Of a DNA stretch of 36,515 nucleotides, positions 10,158 through 20,441 are shown piece after piece. Within the stretch, counting starts at the first letter, position 1, and every line of letters starts with the position of its first letter. Where the stretch lies: contig JBKBOT010000015.1 of NCBI GenBank assembly GCA_046293555.1, positions 261-36,775 on the forward strand. The letters are read 5' to 3'. A program made the position numbers and the translations under genes. The notes beneath the pieces are model-generated. The model searched no databases. It was not told where the DNA came from and saw nothing but the letters and a program-made list of their open reading frames with translations. This stretch comes from Pyrobaculum sp. Its GTDB lineage: Archaea > Thermoproteota > Thermoprotei > Thermoproteales > Thermoproteaceae.

Positions 10158-11060
10158 TTATAATAGCCTAGCGGCCAGCGTGGGGTCTAGCCTCTGGTAG
10201 ATATACTCGTAGTAATTCAACACGGGGGTTTTTATCCTATCTAAGTCGTCGAGACCTATCCGGGGACATGCGGTATTTATGACGAGATCTGCCTGTAGGT
10301 CGTCTATATGTTCGGGCGTCGCCTCGTCTAATACCACCACCACATGGCCGCGAGAGGCTAGATCCCGAGCCTTGTCGTCTTGTCTCTGTCCAGGCTTTGT
10401 GGAGACTATAGCCACTACCCTCCTCGCAGTGGCTAAATGGGCTCGCGCCTTTAGTTTCATAACTCTCATAAAGTCTGTCTCTATGTCTTTAATCTCGCCT
10501 CTAAAGGGATCTACCTGAAACACCTTTGTCTGGGGGGAGAAAAACTTTAGCGTGAGGGGGTAGAAAAGACCTGTGGCCACCACATATGCCACCTCGCCGG
10601 GGGGCTCGCCGATCCAGCAGCCAGTAATGGGCTCCCTAGAGATGGGGAGGCTAGCCTCTTGGCTTATCCTCTCTGCAATCCTCCTGTAGGGCAGCGGGAA
10701 GTAGATCTTTCCCCACTGGCTTGGAGTGGGGATATTGGGCGGCGGCTTGTAGTACACCGGGATGAAGTAAACCTCTACGCTCTCTGCCGCCAGCCTGTAG
10801 ACATCGGTCTCTATCTTCTCGATGGCGGCATTTAAGCTCTTCTTTAGGAGAAAGGCGACGTTAGGCGGCACCCCGTGGCCTAGGTGGAAAATCCGCCTAT
10901 ATGTCGTGTCTACCCTCACGTCGCAGCTCCCCCATATGGGCCTACCTGACACCACGGCGCCTGTCTTTTCTGCAATTTCTAACGCCAGCCACTTAAAGCC
11001 CGGAGGCGCCTCTATAAGCGTATTTCTGTCAGCTCTCCACGCCAGTGGATGTACCTCCAC
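10158..11060 (-). CDS. dph2: Diphthamide biosynthesis radical-SAM enzyme Dph2
   Basis: Three dispersed Fe-S cysteines WGSCD, ITGCW, NTACPRI; HLGH; STKPGQ. Confidence 0.85.
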   Translation of the reverse strand: MEVHPLAWRADRNTLIEAPPGFKWLALEIAEKTGAVVSGRPIWGSCDVRVDTTYRRIFHLGHGVPPNVAFLLKKSLNAAIEKIETDVYRLAAESVEVYFIPVYYKPPPNIPTPSQWGKIYFPLPYRRIAERISQEASLPISREPITGCWIGEPPGEVAYVVATGLFYPLTLKFFSPQTKVFQVDPFRGEIKDIETDFMRVMKLKARAHLATARRVVAIVSTKPGQRQDDKARDLASRGHVVVVLDEATPEHIDDLQADLVINTACPRIGLDDLDRIKTPVLNYYEYIYQRLDPTLAARLL

Positions 11061-12855
11061 TAGAGTTCTCTAGATCTGTCTTTAAAGCTATTTCCAACGC
11101 CCTCTTTATCTCTTCTCTCTGGTCTTTAAGCTTTAGGTAATACCGCATGAACTCCCCCCTTATCTCTTCTGTCAGCTTTCTGGGGGTAGTCACGCCTTTT
11201 ATAATGCCGGCTAGCGCCTTTTCGATACGTCCCCTTACTGTGGGCTCTATGATCTCGGGGGCGTGTTGAAAAAGTGTGGTAGCCACGGCTGTGCCCAGAG
11301 GCGTGGGTATACACCTGTTTTTTACAAGCTTTATATACCCTCGCTTTACATTTGTATAGATGTGATCCTGCATGGTGGCATCTGTGCCAATGCCATATCT
11401 CCTCATTAAGGCCAAGAGTTCAGATTCGGACATCTGCGGCGGCGGCTCTGTCTGCCGTTGTACTATTTCCACATCAAGCACCTCGGCTTTATCGCCTGGC
11501 TTTACCCTAGGGAGAGGCCGCTCCCCCCGCCTCTCCCATGGGTACACCCTCCAGTACCCCTCGTTGAGGACCACAAGGCCCTCTGCCTCGAGCTCTATCC
11601 CAACGTCTACTACAACCTTTTGTTGTTCCACCACGGCTGGGGGACTCAACGTGGCGAGAAAGTGTCTAACCACAAAGTCGTAGATAGGCCACGCGTAGGC
11701 CGCCAGCCTCTTGAACACCCTGTATATCTCCTCCCTGCCGGCGCCCCGCGTGGGGTATATGGGGGGATGGGCGCCGTCGTCTACATCGCCTCTAGTGGGC
11801 CTAAAGCCTTGTCTCAAAAGCTCGCCGGCATAGTGGCCAAGATGCCCCCGCGCCAGCTCTTGTAAGACTCCCCGTAGGTCTAGCGTGGGGGGGTAGATAG
11901 TGGTTTCAGTTCTGGGGTAAGATATGTAGCCAGCTCTATACAGCTCTTCAGCCACGTCTAGAGCCTTCTTTGCGCCAATCCCCAGCCACCTGCTGGATCT
12001 CCGCTCCAGCTCTATGGTGTCTAAAGGCTCGGGGGGTGAGATCTGGCGCGTCTCATATGCCGCGATCTTCACGACCCCCCGCCTCATGTTTGCAGCAGCT
12101 TCTGCCTCCCCACGCGTCTTGAATCTAGCCACAGAGGTCATCCACAGCTTGTGTCCCGCCACGCCTACCAACGCCTTGAGGATGTAGTAAGTCTCCGGCT
12201 TGAAGTCTCTTCGCTCTAGCTCTCTCCTCACCACAATTCCCAACACCGGGGTCTGGCAGGGGCCGTAGCTGAGAAACTGCCCCCTCTTGAGGAGGTGTCT
12301 TACAGAAAGAGTGAGAAATCTCGTGAAGACGGCGCCCAGCGTGAGGTCTATCTGCATTCTGGTAAACACCTTCTCCACCTGTCTATAGTCGAGATGTGTG
12401 GAGTTTTCAAACGCCCTCCTTATGTCGCCCTGAGTGACTGCGTTAAATCTAACTCTATAGATCTTTGCCCACCTGTTGAAATATCTAATCACCATGGCCG
12501 CCTCGTAGGCTATGGCCTCCCCCTCTACGTCTGCATCTAACGCCAGGTAGGCCTCTTCTGCCTCACGTGCCAAAACCTGTAATGCCTTTAGGTAGGGAAC
12601 TGCCTCTTCTCTCACCACGAGGACGGGCTCTGTTTTAAACAAGTCCTCTGGCGGCACCCAGGTCCACACGTTTAACTTGGGGCTAAAGTTGAAGTCCATA
12701 ATGTGTCCACTTAGCCCCAGGGCCACCGCCTTACGGCCCTTGTACTGAAAGTGGTATGTATAAACGCCGTGAGTTGCCACCCTCCTGTAGGCCCCCCCTA
12801 GGTATTTCGCAATAGCTTGTGCTACAGACCGCTTCTCTGCAACAACGAGGATCAC
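11029..12855 (-). CDS. topA: DNA topoisomerase type IA (Topo III-like)
   Basis: Toprim VVAEKRSVA, GHI, ALDADVEGEAI, SYGPCQTPVLG, catalytic GYISYPRTE, AHPPIYPT, GIGTDAT. Confidence 0.95.
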   Translation of the reverse strand: MILVVAEKRSVAQAIAKYLGGAYRRVATHGVYTYHFQYKGRKAVALGLSGHIMDFNFSPKLNVWTWVPPEDLFKTEPVLVVREEAVPYLKALQVLAREAEEAYLALDADVEGEAIAYEAAMVIRYFNRWAKIYRVRFNAVTQGDIRRAFENSTHLDYRQVEKVFTRMQIDLTLGAVFTRFLTLSVRHLLKRGQFLSYGPCQTPVLGIVVRRELERRDFKPETYYILKALVGVAGHKLWMTSVARFKTRGEAEAAANMRRGVVKIAAYETRQISPPEPLDTIELERRSSRWLGIGAKKALDVAEELYRAGYISYPRTETTIYPPTLDLRGVLQELARGHLGHYAGELLRQGFRPTRGDVDDGAHPPIYPTRGAGREEIYRVFKRLAAYAWPIYDFVVRHFLATLSPPAVVEQQKVVVDVGIELEAEGLVVLNEGYWRVYPWERRGERPLPRVKPGDKAEVLDVEIVQRQTEPPPQMSESELLALMRRYGIGTDATMQDHIYTNVKRGYIKLVKNRCIPTPLGTAVATTLFQHAPEIIEPTVRGRIEKALAGIIKGVTTPRKLTEEIRGEFMRYYLKLKDQREEIKRALEIALKTDLENSSGGTSTGVES

Positions 12856-12900
12856 GTGTAGAAAAAGAAACCTTTATATAACTAGACGTAAGTATCGGCC

Positions 12901-13368
12901 ATGTCTGTAGACGACAGAGAGCCAGAAAAGCCTTTGAGAAGACCCCCTCCAGCCAGGCCGCCAGCCCAGCCCCCCCCGCCGCCGTACCCACAGCCCGTCC
13001 CCCCACCTCCGGTATATCCACAGGTGCCGCCAGTGCGGACACAGAGGACCATGCCGCCCGCGCCACCTCACGCCATCTCGCCACAACCTGCGCCAGCCCC
13101 ATCGCCGCCCCTCTCGACGCCATCCCAGCCGGCCACAACGCCAGCACAACCGCCAGCCCGCAGAGGGCTAAAACTAGAAAAAGTCCAGGGTATCCCTCTT
13201 GCGGGTACGGTGGTGGCGCTGATCTCCAGCCTCTTTGGCGTCGTGGCTGCAGTATTCTCTATAGTCAACGAGGCGTTGAGCTTCCCACTTCTCGCAGTGG
13301 CTATAGCTGGCACAAACGCGGCGTTAATTATAATCAGCATTGCCCTCTGGAAGCTGTCACAGAGATAA
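12901..13368 (+). CDS. Proline-rich protein with two C-terminal transmembrane helices, unknown function
   Basis: About 85 aa Pro/Gln/Ala-rich N-terminus, then two hydrophobic stretches; TTTATATA at 12873-12880 is ~25 nt upstream of the ATG. Confidence 0.75.
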   Translation: MSVDDREPEKPLRRPPPARPPAQPPPPPYPQPVPPPPVYPQVPPVRTQRTMPPAPPHAISPQPAPAPSPPLSTPSQPATTPAQPPARRGLKLEKVQGIPLAGTVVALISSLFGVVAAVFSIVNEALSFPLLAVAIAGTNAALIIISIALWKLSQR

Positions 13369-15063
13369 AAACTGTCTTATCTCTCCAGCGGCTTCGTCCA
13401 CGTGGCTAACCACCAGCGACCCCTCCAGTATATCCGCCAGGCTGTTCCACAGCTCCGGCTCGGCGTATCGCCTGTCTAAAAAGGCCAGGAGGCCTCTATC
13501 TTGCGGACTTCTGAAAAGCCTCCCCACCGCCTGTCTGACGTTCACCACGGCTTGGTATAAATACACGGCGGCCCACGCCCTGTCTCTCAGCCGGGGCTTG
13601 AGAGACTCCACCCGTTTTTCTAAATACGGCGTTGGCTCTGGGTAGGGGACGCCCACAATGGCGACTACAGAAAGGAGGTTTTCTCCCCCCCTGACGTATT
13701 CCACCCCCTCCACATATCTCCCCCCAGCCACAGCCCCCAGGAAGAACTTTTGTGGCAAGTCCCCCAAGTCCACCTCCTGCACGCCTTCGTACCAGTGCGG
13801 AATTGTGAACTTGAGGTATTTCTTTACCCCTCTCAACACCTCGTAGGAGGGAAATACAGCCAACACGCCGCGTGGAGACAAGTTGACTACTGCCGCAAGC
13901 CTTTCGGCAATTTTTACATACATCTCCTCGCCTCTTTCCTGAAATCTTGTGGTGACCCCCATGTCTACTATCGAGCGGTAGTTCTCTCTTGGTACGTACT
14001 GCCGGAAGGATATATCTATGGCGTCATAACTGCGGAGACCCAAGGCCTCGGTGTAGATAGATATAGGCAACGTGCCGCTTAGGTAAACCACGTTGTGTGC
14101 CTCCTCTAACACGGGCTTTATTATCTGCAGCGGCTCTATAGGCGTCATCACAAGCGCCTTGACTCCATCTACCTCTCTAACCTCTGTGAAATATCTGACC
14201 TTTTCTCTATCTTTTAACTTCCGTATGGCCAGAAGTGGGGTATATGGGTTTCTCCCCTCTTTGGCCTTCCTGTTTGTAATCTCCCAGATGGCTTCATCCA
14301 GCTGGATGCCCTCCAGGAGGGCTAACAGGTCGCCCATGTCTACAACTCCCACATGTCTTCTCATGAAGGCCAGCAGGCGGTAGATCTCTACAGCCTCTTT
14401 TAAAAAGCCGTATTTCCTACACTCCCTGTAGGCAGCCTTTACCTCACGTTCGTAAAGCCTTATGGCATAGAGGCTAGTGACCGCGTCTAAAACCGAATGG
14501 GCCTCGTCTATTATGACCACCCTGTCTCTTGGCCTCTCTCTACTAAACAGGTAGAAATATGTAGAGATAACCACCTGGCTTTGTTCAAGTCTTTGTCTCG
14601 CGTATTCGTAGGGACATACCCCAGCCTCACAGAGGCTGTGGGCGTAAGAATAGACGTTTTTTACCGAGATGTCCACATCTCTCGGGGGGTAGTACCGACA
14701 CGACCCCTGTCTTTTCAACAGGGCGCACTCGGCTAGGAACTCTAGGTAGTCCAGCTTTTTAAGTTGTGGATAACAACACATGTCCTGTCTGCTCTTAATA
14801 ACTACGTAGTCTATCTCCACCTTTTCTCTAATTTTTAGAAGCTCTCTGAGGGGGGGCCCCAGCTCGTTTCTAGTCCGCACGGCGTAATGTATAGACACGC
14901 CGGTTTCCATCATGTATTTCACAGCTGCCGAAAGAACTGCGGCGGTCTTGCCGAGACCCGTGGGGGCGTTGATTACGGCGGGACGCCTGTTGGCCAGGGC
15001 TTGATATGTCTGGCTAAAAATCTCCTTTTGGAAAGGCCTAAAGGCGTCGTAGGGAAATACCAC
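13357..15063 (-). CDS. xpd: XPD/Rad3-family Fe-S DNA helicase
   Basis: Q motif [13 protein letters not shown], Fe-S cysteines (MCC, AEC, SCRYY, VCPYE), [29 protein letters not shown]. Confidence 0.92.
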   Translation of the reverse strand: MVFPYDAFRPFQKEIFSQTYQALANRRPAVINAPTGLGKTAAVLSAAVKYMMETGVSIHYAVRTRNELGPPLRELLKIREKVEIDYVVIKSRQDMCCYPQLKKLDYLEFLAECALLKRQGSCRYYPPRDVDISVKNVYSYAHSLCEAGVCPYEYARQRLEQSQVVISTYFYLFSRERPRDRVVIIDEAHSVLDAVTSLYAIRLYEREVKAAYRECRKYGFLKEAVEIYRLLAFMRRHVGVVDMGDLLALLEGIQLDEAIWEITNRKAKEGRNPYTPLLAIRKLKDREKVRYFTEVREVDGVKALVMTPIEPLQIIKPVLEEAHNVVYLSGTLPISIYTEALGLRSYDAIDISFRQYVPRENYRSIVDMGVTTRFQERGEEMYVKIAERLAAVVNLSPRGVLAVFPSYEVLRGVKKYLKFTIPHWYEGVQEVDLGDLPQKFFLGAVAGGRYVEGVEYVRGGENLLSVVAIVGVPYPEPTPYLEKRVESLKPRLRDRAWAAVYLYQAVVNVRQAVGRLFRSPQDRGLLAFLDRRYAEPELWNSLADILEGSLVVSHVDEAAGEIRQFLSL

Positions 15064-15089
15064 ATTTATATAGCGTCATCTTCTTATTT

Positions 15090-16253
15090 GTGTTTCACGT
15101 GGCGGCGCCCTCAGATATAGCCAGGGGGAGGACGGCAGATATATACTTTGTACGCACCATGGAGGTGCTAAAAAACGCGGGGTTGGCAGAGGTGAGAGTT
15201 CGCGCAGAGTTTCACGTCTCCTCCCTGCCTAGAGACTACAGGTGGGCTGTCTTCACGGGGCTGAAAGAAGTGGTGGAGGTGCTGAAGGGGAGGGCGGTGA
15301 CTCTCTACGCGCTGCCAGAAGGCACTCTCTTCTATGAAAACAACCCCGTGTTGACAATAGAGGGGCCCTACCTGGAGTTTGGAGTCTTAGAGACGGCGAT
15401 TTTAGGCATCTTACGGCATTACTCCAGTATTTCCACAAAGGCCGCCAGAGTTAAAAAGGTGTTGGGGGATAAGATCTGTCTATATTTTGGCGCCAGGGCT
15501 CTCCACCCCGCCATCCAGCCTATGGCAGATAGAGCTGCCTATCTGGGGGGGTGTGACGGCGTGGCCACAGTAATGGGGGCCGAGCTTCTGGGCATAAAGC
15601 CGTCGGGCACCATGCCTCACGCCATGATGATAATCTTTAAGGCCGCCACCGGGGACCACACCCTGGCGTGGATGTGGTTTGACAAAACCATGCCGCCAGA
15701 GGTGCCCAGAATCGTGCTGGTAGATACCTTCCTGGATGAACGGGAGGAGGCCATGTTGGCAGCTAGGCTTCTGGGAGATAGGCTACATGGGGTGAGGCTA
15801 GACACGCCTGGAAGCAGGCGGGGCAACATGAGGAAAATCGTTGAGGAGGTCCGGTGGGCTTTAGACCTCCACGGCTATAAAGACGTCAAGATTTTTGTAA
15901 GCGGGGGTCTCGACGAGTCTCAGCTAGCCGCCTTGCGAGATGTGGCAGACGGCTTTGGGGTGGGCACCTCTATCTCCTTCCCCCCATCTATAGACCTGGC
16001 TATGGACATAGTGGAGGTGGAGGTTGACGGCAGGTGGGTCCCAATCACCAAGAGGGGGAAGCTTCCAGGCTTTAAACAGGTGTATAAATGCGGCAGTAGA
16101 AATGTGGTGACGCCGTGGGACGCGCCGCCGCCCTGTGGGGAACCCATGTTGGTCAAGTGGCTTGAAGGCGGGAAAGTGGTGAGAGAGCTGCCGAGAGATA
16201 TAGAAATTAGAGAATATGTGTTGAGACAACTAAAGGAGGTCGACGGGCTTTAG
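15090..16253 (+). CDS. pncB: Nicotinate phosphoribosyltransferase
   Basis: [59 protein letters not shown]. Confidence 0.92.
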   Translation: MFHVAAPSDIARGRTADIYFVRTMEVLKNAGLAEVRVRAEFHVSSLPRDYRWAVFTGLKEVVEVLKGRAVTLYALPEGTLFYENNPVLTIEGPYLEFGVLETAILGILRHYSSISTKAARVKKVLGDKICLYFGARALHPAIQPMADRAAYLGGCDGVATVMGAELLGIKPSGTMPHAMMIIFKAATGDHTLAWMWFDKTMPPEVPRIVLVDTFLDEREEAMLAARLLGDRLHGVRLDTPGSRRGNMRKIVEEVRWALDLHGYKDVKIFVSGGLDESQLAALRDVADGFGVGTSISFPPSIDLAMDIVEVEVDGRWVPITKRGKLPGFKQVYKCGSRNVVTPWDAPPPCGEPMLVKWLEGGKVVRELPRDIEIREYVLRQLKEVDGL

Positions 16254-17306
16254 GAGTAGGCTGTAAGTCGCCTCTCCGGTGTATACCTTACTGTATAGCT
16301 CTAAAAGCCTCCTTCCTAACAGTCTGGCCACAGCCCTCCTGGCCCCTAGCGTCTTGGCTAGTCTAGATAACATCCGGGTTTTCCCCACCTCTTCCACATA
16401 GGGCTGAACTAACTGGCGGTATGTGGGATAGATGTATTTCTCATGGCCGCGGATCTTAAGGCCTATGTAGACAGAAAGCGCCGCCAGGGCCCCCGAGGCC
16501 ACGGCGTAGTAAATCCCCTCCCCAGTGGTGGCATCCACAAGTCCCGCCGCCTCGCCTACTAGCAACACGTTTTTATCACCCACCCCCTTTATGTGGCCAA
16601 GAGAGAGGGGGTGGCCCCAGATGGGTCCCGCCTTGTAGCCAGCCTTCTCGGCGTATTTTTCCACAAGCCTTCTGAGGTCTTTCCACTCAACCCAGCCAAC
16701 TCCCGCCCCTATGTTGGCGCCTTGGCTAAGTGGAAATATCCACGCGTAGCCCACCAGCCCGGTTTCTTTCCACACGGCGTCGAAATCTATGACGCAAGTC
16801 TCGGAGGGCTGCCCCTCTGCGATGGTCATATAGGCAATGGCGTGGCTCCTGTGGCCAAGGTAGTTAGCCACCCCTATGGACTTAGCCACAACGCTCGTGG
16901 CGCCGTCTGCCCCAATTACCACACGGCCTTGGTACTCGCCGGCTCTCCCCACCGCCGTCTTGCCTCTTACTGCGGTTATCTGGTCTCTTACAAAATCGGC
17001 GCCGCTCTGTCTTAATAAAGCCATGTCGAACTGAGGCCGGCGTGTGATATATATGGGCTCTTTCTGTAGTACGTATCTATACCCCGCCGCCCTGGTTTCT
17101 ATATATTTACAGACGCCATATGTGGGGTATTCAACCTTTAGGCGCTCTAAAAGACGCCACGTGCGGGGGGTAAGCCCCCCGCCACATGGCTTCTCTCTAG
17201 GTGGCTGTAGCCTGTCTATTACCAAGGCCTTGAGCCCCAGCCTCGTGGCGACAATTGCCGCCGTGGAGCCAGCCGGCCCGGCGCCAACGATCACCACGTC
17301 GTACAC
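16230..17306 (-). CDS. Geranylgeranyl reductase family FAD-dependent oxidoreductase
   Basis: [53 protein letters not shown]. Likely start GTG 17306 (ORF track 17336). Confidence 0.88.
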   Translation of the reverse strand: MYDVVIVGAGPAGSTAAIVATRLGLKALVIDRLQPPREKPCGGGLTPRTWRLLERLKVEYPTYGVCKYIETRAAGYRYVLQKEPIYITRRPQFDMALLRQSGADFVRDQITAVRGKTAVGRAGEYQGRVVIGADGATSVVAKSIGVANYLGHRSHAIAYMTIAEGQPSETCVIDFDAVWKETGLVGYAWIFPLSQGANIGAGVGWVEWKDLRRLVEKYAEKAGYKAGPIWGHPLSLGHIKGVGDKNVLLVGEAAGLVDATTGEGIYYAVASGALAALSVYIGLKIRGHEKYIYPTYRQLVQPYVEEVGKTRMLSRLAKTLGARRAVARLLGRRLLELYSKVYTGEATYSLLLKPVDLL

Positions 17307-17347
17307 TTCACCATGTGTGTTTGTATTAATATACATGTCGGAATGTA

Positions 17348-17761
17348 GTGTGGCAAGACGTCAAGTGGTTTGAGGTGAGGTTTAGGTGTATAAAATGTGG
17401 GATATGTTGTGTAGAGACAGAGATGGAGCTTTTGGCAGAAGACATAGAGAGGATCTCGGCGGCGGGGTATAGAGACTTTGTGGTAGAGAAAGATGGGGTC
17501 TACAGGCTGAAAAACGTGGATGGCCACTGTGTGTTCTACAGCCCGGAAGACAGAAGCTGTAAAATATATCCCATCCGCCCCGTTGGATGTAGGCTCTACC
17601 CACTGGTCTATACTGGCGACGCCGTGGAGGCGGATAGGACTTGCCCCACGTGGGGTACAGTGCCCAGGAGGGAGGTGGAGAGGCTTGCGCCCTATGTGGT
17701 CAAGTTTGTAGAAGAGGCCAAGTTGGCAAAGATAAAAACAAGGCTTTCACGTCGTCTTTAG
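17348..17761 (+). CDS. YkgJ/UPF0153-family cysteine-cluster (Fe-S/Zn) protein
   Basis: [10 protein letters not shown]...CVFY...[15 protein letters not shown]. Confidence 0.88.
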   Translation: MWQDVKWFEVRFRCIKCGICCVETEMELLAEDIERISAAGYRDFVVEKDGVYRLKNVDGHCVFYSPEDRSCKIYPIRPVGCRLYPLVYTGDAVEADRTCPTWGTVPRREVERLAPYVVKFVEEAKLAKIKTRLSRRL

Positions 17762-18377
17762 TGACCAGCGGCACTCCCAGCCGGCGGGACGTCGCGGCGG
17801 CCTCCTCTAGAGACATGGCCTCCAAGCCCTCGCCAAGGGCCTCTATGATCGCCAAAGCCGGGGGGACCCCCGCGGCTTGTGCCAAGACTAGCGACAGCTC
17901 TGTATGTCCCCACCTGCTGCCCAACCTGCCGCCAAGTATGGGCACATGTCCCGGCATGTAGAAGTTATTTCTAAACTCCTCCCCCGCCTTCTTGGGGTCC
18001 TTCAGGGCTGTAGCCACCACTCTGGCCAACTCCCTTATGGTGAGGGCTTTGTCCACATCTCTGACGCCAGTTTTAGTCTTGACGTGGTTGACATAAGCCA
18101 TGAAGGCCGGCTCATCTCCATACGGCGTCTTTGTCGTAAAGCCAAGCCTTTTGTACAACTCGCTTTGGAACTCCAGCCCCAGCGCCTCTCCGATTTGACG
18201 CGTGGTGACAAAACATAGAAGCCCCCCGGCGTGTCTTCTAAGCCAGTGTGTCACCTCTGGCGTCAACGCGTCTGCCCTAATTACAAAATCCACCTCGGCC
18301 TCTCTCTCATGTCCGTCATAAAGCATGACGAGTCTGCCTTCACGTAGGGCGTCAACTGCCTCTCTTAATCGCGACAC
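17700..18377 (-). CDS. ribB: 3,4-dihydroxy-2-butanone 4-phosphate synthase
   Basis: [49 protein letters not shown]. Confidence 0.93.
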   Translation of the reverse strand: MSRLREAVDALREGRLVMLYDGHEREAEVDFVIRADALTPEVTHWLRRHAGGLLCFVTTRQIGEALGLEFQSELYKRLGFTTKTPYGDEPAFMAYVNHVKTKTGVRDVDKALTIRELARVVATALKDPKKAGEEFRNNFYMPGHVPILGGRLGSRWGHTELSLVLAQAAGVPPALAIIEALGEGLEAMSLEEAAATSRRLGVPLVTKDDVKALFLSLPTWPLLQT

Positions 18378-18406
18378 GGTAAACTGTAGAATCTCTATTA
18401 AATATT

Positions 18407-19069
18407 TTATGTAAACCCGTTTTTACAGGCCACGCGGTAGTTTAACACCACCTCTCTGCCACATTGACACATCGTTACCGACTGTAGCTCTAGTAGGTAT
18501 GGCATCTCCTCGACGGTGTTGTAACCCCACCCCTCGGCCAGAGAGACGCCGCCGCCAAAGAGGTAGGGCGTCACGGTGAGAAAAATCTCGTCTACAAGAC
18601 AGTGGTGGAGAAACCTCCAGTTGGTCCTCCCCCCGCCCTCCAGGAGGATCTTTCGTGCCCCCCTTTCATGTAGGACCTGTAGTACATATGGCGGGCTGAC
18701 CTCCTCCCCCTCTGCCACATGTACCTCCACCCCCCTGGCCTTTAGCTCCACAACCCTCTCCCTGGGGGCTCTAGAGGTGGTGAAAACTATGGTGGGGGCA
18801 GAGCTGTCAAATATCCTCAAGGCTGTTGGGGCTTTCAGAGATCCGTCTATAAGGACCCTCATGGGGTTTCTCCCCTCTACATACCTCACTGTTAGCCTCG
18901 GGTTGTCCACAATGGCGGTGTTTGCACCCACCACCACCGCGTCTACCATGGCGCGTAGGGCGTGTAGACGCCTGAGGTCGTGGGGGCAGGAGAGACGTGA
19001 GTAGCCACTACGGCTGGCAATCCTCCCGTCTATCGTCATGGCGGCCGCTAGGTAGACATATGGCCTCAT
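18407..19069 (-). CDS. arfC: 2,5-diamino-6-(ribosylamino)-4(3H)-pyrimidinone 5'-phosphate reductase (RibD C-terminal type, ArfC)
   Basis: AAMTIDGRIA, HALRAMVDAVVVGANT, DNPRLTVR, NPMRVLID, LLEGGG; in riboflavin cluster. Confidence 0.9.
   Translation of the reverse strand: MRPYVYLAAAMTIDGRIASRSGYSRLSCPHDLRRLHALRAMVDAVVVGANTAIVDNPRLTVRYVEGRNPMRVLIDGSLKAPTALRIFDSSAPTIVFTTSRAPRERVVELKARGVEVHVAEGEEVSPPYVLQVLHERGARKILLEGGGRTNWRFLHHCLVDEIFLTVTPYLFGGGVSLAEGWGYNTVEEMPYLLELQSVTMCQCGREVVLNYRVACKNGFT
18410..18427. promoter_or_regulatory. Imperfect palindromic operator upstream of ribB (candidate RbkR site)
   Basis: TGTAAACCCGTTTTTACA, 15/18 identical to the perfect palindrome at 19769; 32 nt from the ribB start, just upstream of an AT-rich TATA-like tract. 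Confidence 0.65.
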
Positions 19070-19731
19070 CTGGCTACCAACACGCCCCCAACTCCCCTGG
19101 CCCTCAGCTGGTCTAAAGCCTCCGTGGCCTTTATAAACGCCCTGTAGGGCCTTTTGGAGACCCCCACCCCCACTCTAAGTGGCGTCTCGATGCCATCTAG
19201 CAGCCGCCATATCGCCTCGACGTTAGGTAGGAAGAGCATTATGTTGTCACCTCCGAGATAGAAAGGCATACATCCCACATCTCTACACCTCCGGCTTAAT
19301 AGATTCAACAGGCTTATTACATCTGTGTAGAGTTGATAGGGGCCGTTGTTCTTAGTTATATACGTGCTGTTTATCACATCTAGATGTGACACAACCGCCT
19401 CGCCCCACCCCCCCGCCCCCTCCATGCCACAATTTCGATATGCCCCATAGGGCGTGGGGCCTGAGCCGAGACAAAACTCCACATCTACTGGCGAGATTTC
19501 TCTCAGCTTTCTTATAGCTTTTTCCACAAGTCTATCCCCTATGTTGTTTATTAGGGCTATAGATATGTCATACCGAAAGTGGTGAGGCAGAGCGCCAATT
19601 GAAGTAAAGACTGCCCAAAGTCTAGCTTGAAGTCTAGCTTGTGTCTTCTGGATAATCCGCTCTCTGGCGGGCCCCAGCGACTCGGTCCACTCTCTATATC
19701 CCTTCAAGATTATTAACGCCACTTTATGCAC
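19066..19731 (-). CDS. gch3: GTP cyclohydrolase III (ArfA)
   Basis: LKGYREWTESLG, RERIIQKTQA, RYD, HLDVINST, FYLGGDNIM, LRVGVG, ALDQLR; ATGA-coupled to the reductase. Confidence 0.88.
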   Translation of the reverse strand: MHKVALIILKGYREWTESLGPARERIIQKTQARLQARLWAVFTSIGALPHHFRYDISIALINNIGDRLVEKAIRKLREISPVDVEFCLGSGPTPYGAYRNCGMEGAGGWGEAVVSHLDVINSTYITKNNGPYQLYTDVISLLNLLSRRCRDVGCMPFYLGGDNIMLFLPNVEAIWRLLDGIETPLRVGVGVSKRPYRAFIKATEALDQLRARGVGGVLVAR

Positions 19732-19768
19732 AAAGAGGTAAATCGTGTGTTATATAAAGTTGTCGTAT

Positions 19769-19786
19769 TGTAAACTCGAGTTTACA
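19769..19786. promoter_or_regulatory. Perfect 18-bp palindromic operator in the divergent gch3/arfB promoter (candidate RbkR site)
   Basis: TGTAAACTCGAGTTTACA is its own reverse complement; lies between the two divergent TATA-like boxes. Confidence 0.75.
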
Positions 19787-19817
19787 TGAATAAATATTTA
19801 GAGAGATAGGCTACCCC

Positions 19818-20441
19818 ATGGTCTGCATACTGCCCGTCGGCTCTTACGAACAACATGGCCCCCACCTGCCGCCTACTGTAGACACAGAGGTGGCACAACA
19901 CGTGGCCAGAAGGCTGGCTGGAGAAATAAAGGCCTCAGTCCTGCCGCCAATTTATTACACATGTAGCCGCGAACATAGCCACTTTCCCAACACCATTTGG
20001 GTAAACTGCAGGAGCTTTCTACAATACTTTGAAGATGTCCTCCGTTCTGCCGTGGAGAAATGCGGCGTGGTAATTGTGGTGGCGGGACACGGGGGGGTCA
20101 AAGAGGCTGTAGCCCTAGTGGCGTCTCAACTAAACTACGAGGTGGGACCTAAGGCCCTGGCGTTAAACATATGGGATTTTATAAAAGCTAGAGACCACGC
20201 CGGCACAGACGAGACAAGCATCTATCTGGCATCAGGCGGGGCGCTAACTGGAGAGATGGTAGAAATATGTGAGGGAGACGTGTCGCTATTTGGAAAGATG
20301 GCCATAAGGACAAAAACCGGCGTAGTGGGGTGTCTAAACCCACGGGAGGTATCTCTAGAGAGAGGCCGCTCTCTCCTAGAGCCAGCCTTGGGGAAAATGT
20401 TGGAAAAAATAAGAGATTTTCTTCAGCTCAGCCCCTCTTGA
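19818..20441 (+). CDS. arfB: Creatininase-family FAPy deformylase (ArfB), riboflavin pathway
   Basis: LPVGSYEQHGPHLP, DTE, CSREH, FPNTI, GHGG, DHAGTDETS; context next to GCH III. Confidence 0.82.
   Translation: MVCILPVGSYEQHGPHLPPTVDTEVAQHVARRLAGEIKASVLPPIYYTCSREHSHFPNTIWVNCRSFLQYFEDVLRSAVEKCGVVIVVAGHGGVKEAVALVASQLNYEVGPKALALNIWDFIKARDHAGTDETSIYLASGGALTGEMVEICEGDVSLFGKMAIRTKTGVVGCLNPREVSLERGRSLLEPALGKMLEKIRDFLQLSPS

Noticed and set aside
12731-13340. Minus-strand Gly/Ala/Trp/Arg-rich ORFs
   Set aside because: Reverse-complement artefacts of the proline-rich gene.
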